Positions 59,058 to 64,000 of a stretch of 64,000 nt of DNA are shown in pieces. A program made the position numbers and the translations under genes. The stretch's first letter is position 1. Every line of letters starts with the position of its first letter. The DNA is taken from the NCBI GenBank assembly GCA_037444665.1, contig JBBILZ010000002.1, forward strand, positions 26,880 through 90,879, read 5' to 3'. The notes below the pieces were generated by a model. The model did not search any database. It saw nothing but the letters and a program-made list of their open reading frames with translations, and was not told where the DNA came from. This stretch comes from a candidate division WOR-3 bacterium. GTDB lineage: Bacteria > Hydrothermota > Tepidihabitantia > SM23-42 > JAOAFX01.

Positions 59058-59242
59058 GGGTTCCACTCACATAGCGACTTAAGAAACATTTAAAGCCGAA
59101 GACTTAGCAAAGATACTTATATTTGACGAGACAGAGGTCAATCTGACCCCCAGACGGGTATAACCTGGTGATGCTACTAAAAATAATAAGTATATCACGA
59201 ATAGATGAAAAAGTGACAAGGATTTAAAAGAAAAGAATTTGG

Positions 59243-60385
59243 TCAGGATTGGAAAAATTTAAACAATAATATACTTGATATCAGATAAAGGGCACTCGTT
59301 GTAAAGAAAGGTGGTCCGTATGATAGATGTTCAATCAGTATTCCACCAATACTTGCACTCAAACCCCTGCCTGCGGTCCAGGCAATTATTAAAAGGGCAT
59401 TAGTTAAAGGCTGCTCGTCCTTGTGAACTTTTTCCATTGCAAAATTTGTAAACAGTGGCTGTGCCATATTCATCAATGCAGCACGAATCAAAAAAGAACA
59501 CACTGCAAGGGAAAGATTTCTGGTAATACCCATAATAATCAAAAATGGGATGGAAAAAATCTGAGAGAAAAAGACCGTTCTTATTTTGCCAATCTTTTCT
59601 GAAATCAATGGTGCAATGAGTAATCCGGTAATCATCAAAAATTGAGAAATGCTAAAATAGATGCCGATGAGATTTGTTGGAACCATTAGCCAGTTTTTGA
59701 AATACAAATTTATAAAAGGAATGCTCAAACCGGCACCAAGCCCGGTAATAAGATTGGGCAGAAATAACTTAACGATTATTGAACCCTTTGTTCTGAATTC
59801 AAAAAATCTTTCTACCTGTTCCTGCCTTTGCTCAATCTTTTCATTTATCATTAAATAAGGAATCAATGCAACCATTACCAATCCACCAAATATATAAAGC
59901 GTATAGCGATATGTCAGATTTGCCGAAAGGCCAAATCGTTCAATAATTCCAGGCAAAATCCCACCAAGGATACTACCTATTATACCTGCCACGAGTGCTG
60001 CAGCAAAATTCAAACTAAAAAGATAAGGCCTTTCCCTGGGAGTTGAATTACGCATAAAAAATGGTGCTGCAGTCACCTGAAAAAAGACCGATGCAATCCC
60101 TGAAATCAGACTCGCCCAGATGATTGTTGAATAATGTGTGGTGGATACCTGTAAAAAATAACAGACAAGTGCGACCGGTGTGGATAATAATAGTATTCTT
60201 TTGATAGAGATCCGCTTAATTATAATAGAAGCAGGGATTGCCATTATGAGTGTTCCGATGGTGCTCGCGGTAATAATATTACCAATTCTACTCTCACCTA
60301 AATTTATACTCTTCAAATAGAGATTGAATAAGAGCATAAATCCGGAAAAACCCATACCCATAAAGAATGTGCCGGTTAAAAACAA
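59243..60385 (-). CDS. MFS transporter (N-terminus probably extends upstream)
   Basis: FNLYL, PFFMRNSTPRERPYLFS, IPFINLYF, IRAALMNMAQP. Confidence 0.85.
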   Translation of the reverse strand: MFLTGTFFMGMGFSGFMLLFNLYLKSINLGESRIGNIITASTIGTLIMAIPASIIIKRISIKRILLLSTPVALVCYFLQVSTTHYSTIIWASLISGIASVFFQVTAAPFFMRNSTPRERPYLFSLNFAAALVAGIIGSILGGILPGIIERFGLSANLTYRYTLYIFGGLVMVALIPYLMINEKIEQRQEQVERFFEFRTKGSIIVKLFLPNLITGLGAGLSIPFINLYFKNWLMVPTNLIGIYFSISQFLMITGLLIAPLISEKIGKIRTVFFSQIFSIPFLIIMGITRNLSLAVCSFLIRAALMNMAQPLFTNFAMEKVHKDEQPLTNALLIIAWTAGRGLSASIGGILIEHLSYGPPFFTTSALYLISSILLFKFFQS

Positions 60386-60492
60386 CCAGCCATTGCGGGA
60401 GATGAGTTTAAGATTTGTGCGATAGACTCTTATCGCCTTTAAAAATTTGTGTAAAAGATTGGATATTATATTGTAAATTATAAATTTTTCTT

Positions 60493-61266
60493 CTATTTCA
60501 GTTTCTTTATTAATATCTCTGCTACCTTCTTACCTGATAATAACATCCCACCAAAAATAGGACCCATTCTCGGTCCGCCAAAAACTGCATTTGCTGCCAT
60601 ACCACATACATAAAGACCCGGATAAATTGCGCGCGTATTCTTTACAGTCATAGTCTCGGCAACATCTGCCCACATAGATTTTTCACCTTCAATCTTTCCT
60701 GAAGGAGTCAAAAGTCTTCCGCCACTCTTCCTTTCTATTATCCGCGCAATCTCACAGGGATGACCTGTAGCATCAATCACTGCATTTGCCTTGAATGTAA
60801 TCGGGTCAATGTGTAATTTTGCCATATCTACACTGGTCCAGTTCACAACCACTCCACAGACTTCATCATCTTTTATTACTACATCCTCAATCTTAATGAG
60901 ATTAAATATCTTGAGCCCCTGTTTTAATGCCTTGTCAGTAAGGCAGGCAGTCGCTTCAAGTGAATCTGCCACATAATAACCACGCTCATACTCTTTATAT
61001 CTGATACCGAATTCCTCAAGTATTTCAAGCCCCTGTTTCTGCACAACTATCTTGTTGAACATTATACCACCACCAGGCATTCCTCCGCCGAGCTTGAGTG
61101 CACTTTCAAAAAGAACTGTCTTTATACCTTTTTTTGCCAGATAATAACCAGCACATAATCCAGAAGGTCCTGCACCGCCAATGATTACATCTGATTCAAT
61201 ATTGTTTAGTAAATCATTGAGATACGATTCAATTATCGCTTTTGAAATTACGGTCTCATCAAGCAT
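60493..61266 (-). CDS. thi4: Sulfide-dependent thiazole synthase (Thi4 family)
   Basis: [33 protein letters not shown]. Confidence 0.92.
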   Translation of the reverse strand: MLDETVISKAIIESYLNDLLNNIESDVIIGGAGPSGLCAGYYLAKKGIKTVLFESALKLGGGMPGGGIMFNKIVVQKQGLEILEEFGIRYKEYERGYYVADSLEATACLTDKALKQGLKIFNLIKIEDVVIKDDEVCGVVVNWTSVDMAKLHIDPITFKANAVIDATGHPCEIARIIERKSGGRLLTPSGKIEGEKSMWADVAETMTVKNTRAIYPGLYVCGMAANAVFGGPRMGPIFGGMLLSGKKVAEILIKKLK

Positions 61267-61268
61267 TT

Positions 61269-61787
61269 TTATAAAATCCCGAATCTTGCACCGAATGAAA
61301 GCCTGAACATTGATTCAGTATTACCTGCATCATAAATTATAATACCAGGCTCAACAAAAAGTTTTGTTCCGGGATTCACAGGATAATTCAAACCCATTCC
61401 AAACCTGAAATTAAAGAATGTTTGTGTCCCTACAGGTCCTGGAGTATCAATAATACTCACACCCAATCCCCCATGCACATAGGGTTCAAGATTCTGCATC
61501 GGAATATAGAATAGACCATCAAGTGAAAGTGCTCCAAATCCCCATCCACCATAATTGAGATAGAATTGGGTTCCATTACCAAAGACCACCTCAGTAATAT
61601 TTATTCTTATACCAATCTGCTTTACCGGGTTAATAACACATTCTGCGCCAATACCAAAATACGCATCTTCACCAATATAAAGGCTCGCCTTTGGTGCAAT
61701 CTCCAGCATGGAATGACCAAATCTTTTAATGCCTTTTGCCTGCACCAATACGGTTAGACAGAGTATAAATATTGCTATCTTTTTCAT
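61269..61787 (-). CDS. Outer-membrane beta-barrel protein
   Basis: Signal peptide; [25 protein letters not shown] strands. Confidence 0.7.
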   Translation of the reverse strand: MKKIAIFILCLTVLVQAKGIKRFGHSMLEIAPKASLYIGEDAYFGIGAECVINPVKQIGIRINITEVVFGNGTQFYLNYGGWGFGALSLDGLFYIPMQNLEPYVHGGLGVSIIDTPGPVGTQTFFNFRFGMGLNYPVNPGTKLFVEPGIIIYDAGNTESMFRLSFGARFGIL

Positions 61788-61937
61788 CTTGTCTCCTTTT
61801 TTAAATTATATACAATTATTCGGGTTTTTCAAGTAGGTGTTTTCGCCGTGCCAGTGGAACAACTATCATTCAGGAATCTCTGTTTGTTAAATATTTATAC
61901 CAGGGATGTTTTAAAAAAAATCAGAGTCAGCGCAAAT

Positions 61938-62020
61938 TGTCATATTGCCCTGAACTTGATTCAGGGTATTTCAGCATCTAAATAATAAGGCAAAATGTAG
62001 GGACAGGGCTTGTCCCTGTC
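61938..62020. repeat. Cluster of REP-like hairpins
   Basis: tgtcat..ccctgaacttgattcaggg..ttcagcatct and GTAG-gGACAGGGcttgtCCCTGTC. Confidence 0.55.
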
Positions 62021-62038
62021 GGAAAATTCTTGCTCCTT

Positions 62039-64000
62039 CTATCTTAAGAATATTGCCTTTTCGGTCTTTTTGCATCCCTCGGTCTCTAACTGCACAAAAT
62101 AGACACCTGCAGATAAGGTTTTCGACTTTATCAGAACCTCATTCATTCCAATCTTTACTTTTAACCATTGCTCCTGCACCAATCTACCAGTAACATCATA
62201 TAACTTGATTGTAACCTTTCGTTCATTAGGCGAGTTAAATCTGATTTTCAAAATCCCCTTTGCAGGATTGGGATAAATCTTTTCAAAGAGGAAGGGCCTC
62301 ATAATCTGCACTTCTTCACCCATTGGCCCACCACCAGCACTGTCAGGTGGTTCGTCACGCACTACAAATGCCAATACCCGCTTATGCCTGGTATCAGAAA
62401 CATACAAAGTCCTTTCATCCAGAGATAATGCTAGTCCTGAAGGTGAATCAAGAATACTATCAATCACCAACAATTGATTACCATCGGAGTCAAATTCAAT
62501 TATCCGATTACCTAAAAAATCACTCACAAATAGACAACCAGTAGAGTCAATTACCAGACCAAAAGGGAATAATAATCCTGTTGAATCACCAATCACCCCA
62601 ATGAAGTTCCCTGATGTATCAAAGACCGATATCCGCTCGTTTTTAGAATCCGCAATATATATCCTTTCTTTATTTATTGCAATCCCCACTGGTCTATCTA
62701 TCTCTCCATAATTACTCCCTTTTGTGCCAAACTCAAAGAGCAGGTTACCTGATGGATTAAATTTCTTTATCTTATGGTGCAATCTGTCAGAAACCCAGAT
62801 ATTACCAGCACTATCAAAGGCAATCCCTGAAGGTAATGAAAGATTACCGCCAAAGCGAAATTCAAAATTACCCTGATTTGAGAACCGGTTTATGGTCTGG
62901 CTTATTATATTCGCTATCCATATTTTACCGGTTTTATCAAACCGCATTGCCACAGGAAAACCAATGCCCATAGAATCAATCAGATTGAATGTATCAACCA
63001 GTTGATGGTTATAATCATACCGGTAAATCTTGCCCGTGCCGAATTCGCCAATATAAATCTCACTCCCGGCACTCAGACCATAAAGATAATTTGAAAACCC
63101 CGATATTTCACCTTCAGGAGCATCTGGATTATTGATATAGACACTGATGATTGTATCCTGATAGTTATTTGCCGAATCTATCACCGCAAGTTTTAGATAA
63201 TACCAGCCATTGCCATGATGCTCGGTCACCTCACGGGTATCCCAGCCACCAAGTGTTCTCGGTGGTAGTGAAGGATATTTCGGTGTGTAAGAGATTGAAT
63301 CAGGATAGACGCCATACCAGTTCTGCTCAGGGTCATTGTTTTTCATATATTTCAATTCATACAACTTGAAATGTTGCTCAGGGTCAGCATAGTCATAAGC
63401 CCAGCCCGTAATCTTTATCTCTCCATTGATTGTCTGTCCACTCTGCGGCGAGGCAATCTTTCTTGCCGGTTTGGTCGTATCAACAATGATACTGTCATAC
63501 AGAATACCCGTCTCATTTCCACCCCCATCAGAAAACTGGCCATAGACAAACCTTACCCCATTGCCCGAAACAAGTGTCCAGTTTTTGAGTGTATCGTAAT
63601 TTTCAAACCTTGAATAGTCATTATAAGGACTTACCACATCAAGGCGCAAATTATCAATGAATAACCTGCCTGAATTCTGGGCATTTGCCTTCACAAATAC
63701 CCCGACCCTTGCCCCAAGCAAGACCTTACCTGGTGGCGGCTCTGGATGGTATCTGAAATAGGAATAGAGATTGTAATGCGAAACTCTGCTGTGTGTGCCG
63801 CGTGGAATTGTAATGGATGTGCCATAGGGTTGTGCCCCCCTGGGGTCAATTATTGTATCAGGAGGAATTCCATAGATATACTGGAACTCTACCTTTCCTG
63901 TGTCCGCAAACCCATCGGTCACCAGGTCTATTGATAATAGCAGGGTATCATCAATGAACTCATCAAGGCTCTCAGGTGGGATTGATTGATAAAAGTAATT
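62039..64000 (-). CDS. Large secreted NHL-repeat protein with T9SS-like C-terminal domain (5' part beyond the window)
   Basis: NHL repeats (PSGIAFDSAGNIWVSD, PVGIAI..IYIADSKNERI); tail IYPNP..YDVTGRLV..AGVYFVQL. Confidence 0.82.
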   Translation of the reverse strand, partial: NYFYQSIPPESLDEFIDDTLLLSIDLVTDGFADTGKVEFQYIYGIPPDTIIDPRGAQPYGTSITIPRGTHSRVSHYNLYSYFRYHPEPPPGKVLLGARVGVFVKANAQNSGRLFIDNLRLDVVSPYNDYSRFENYDTLKNWTLVSGNGVRFVYGQFSDGGGNETGILYDSIIVDTTKPARKIASPQSGQTINGEIKITGWAYDYADPEQHFKLYELKYMKNNDPEQNWYGVYPDSISYTPKYPSLPPRTLGGWDTREVTEHHGNGWYYLKLAVIDSANNYQDTIISVYINNPDAPEGEISGFSNYLYGLSAGSEIYIGEFGTGKIYRYDYNHQLVDTFNLIDSMGIGFPVAMRFDKTGKIWIANIISQTINRFSNQGNFEFRFGGNLSLPSGIAFDSAGNIWVSDRLHHKIKKFNPSGNLLFEFGTKGSNYGEIDRPVGIAINKERIYIADSKNERISVFDTSGNFIGVIGDSTGLLFPFGLVIDSTGCLFVSDFLGNRIIEFDSDGNQLLVIDSILDSPSGLALSLDERTLYVSDTRHKRVLAFVVRDEPPDSAGGGPMGEEVQIMRPFLFEKIYPNPAKGILKIRFNSPNERKVTIKLYDVTGRLVQEQWLKVKIGMNEVLIKSKTLSAGVYFVQLETEGCKKTEKAIFLR

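Noticed and set aside
61790..62030. TPP riboswitch upstream of the thi4 operon
   Set aside because: No CUGAGA / ACCUGA core on the minus strand, and the promoter lies immediately upstream of the OMP gene

Overview
AT-rich chromosomal window from a diderm bacterium. TamA/TamB, beta-barrel OMPs, lipoproteins and five proteins with T9SS-type C-terminal tails suggest an FCB-related or WOR-3-like lineage (inference only). Housekeeping content: nadE, tldD-TPR-pyrK-pyrD-pyrF-pyrE-MFS, tRNA-Asp, rpsL-rpsG without fusA, tamAB, gcvPB-glmL-like-rpmF-plsX-fabH, rnpB, era, larC-ECF sigma/anti-sigma, and thi4. Other content: a sigma54-type type IV minor pilin/PilY1 cluster, two M6 metalloproteases, a REP-associated tyrosine transposase with composite flanking repeats, a DUF4258/DUF2283 TA-like pair, and a MalT-like/SARP-wHTH regulator next to a secreted protein. 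The strongest signals are non-coding. About 20 promoters have a 16-bp (not 17-bp) -35/-10 spacer, and many appear leaderless. Intergenic heptamer palindromes appear to supply the N-termini of two exported proteins and carry in-frame GC mini-hairpin insertions. A patchwork of short repeats recurs in the same order at several loci. An 11-bp-period direct repeat lies 8 bp upstream of a -10 box beside the SARP-like regulator. No CRISPR array, rRNA or prophage was seen. All calls come from reading motifs by eye; no searches were run.
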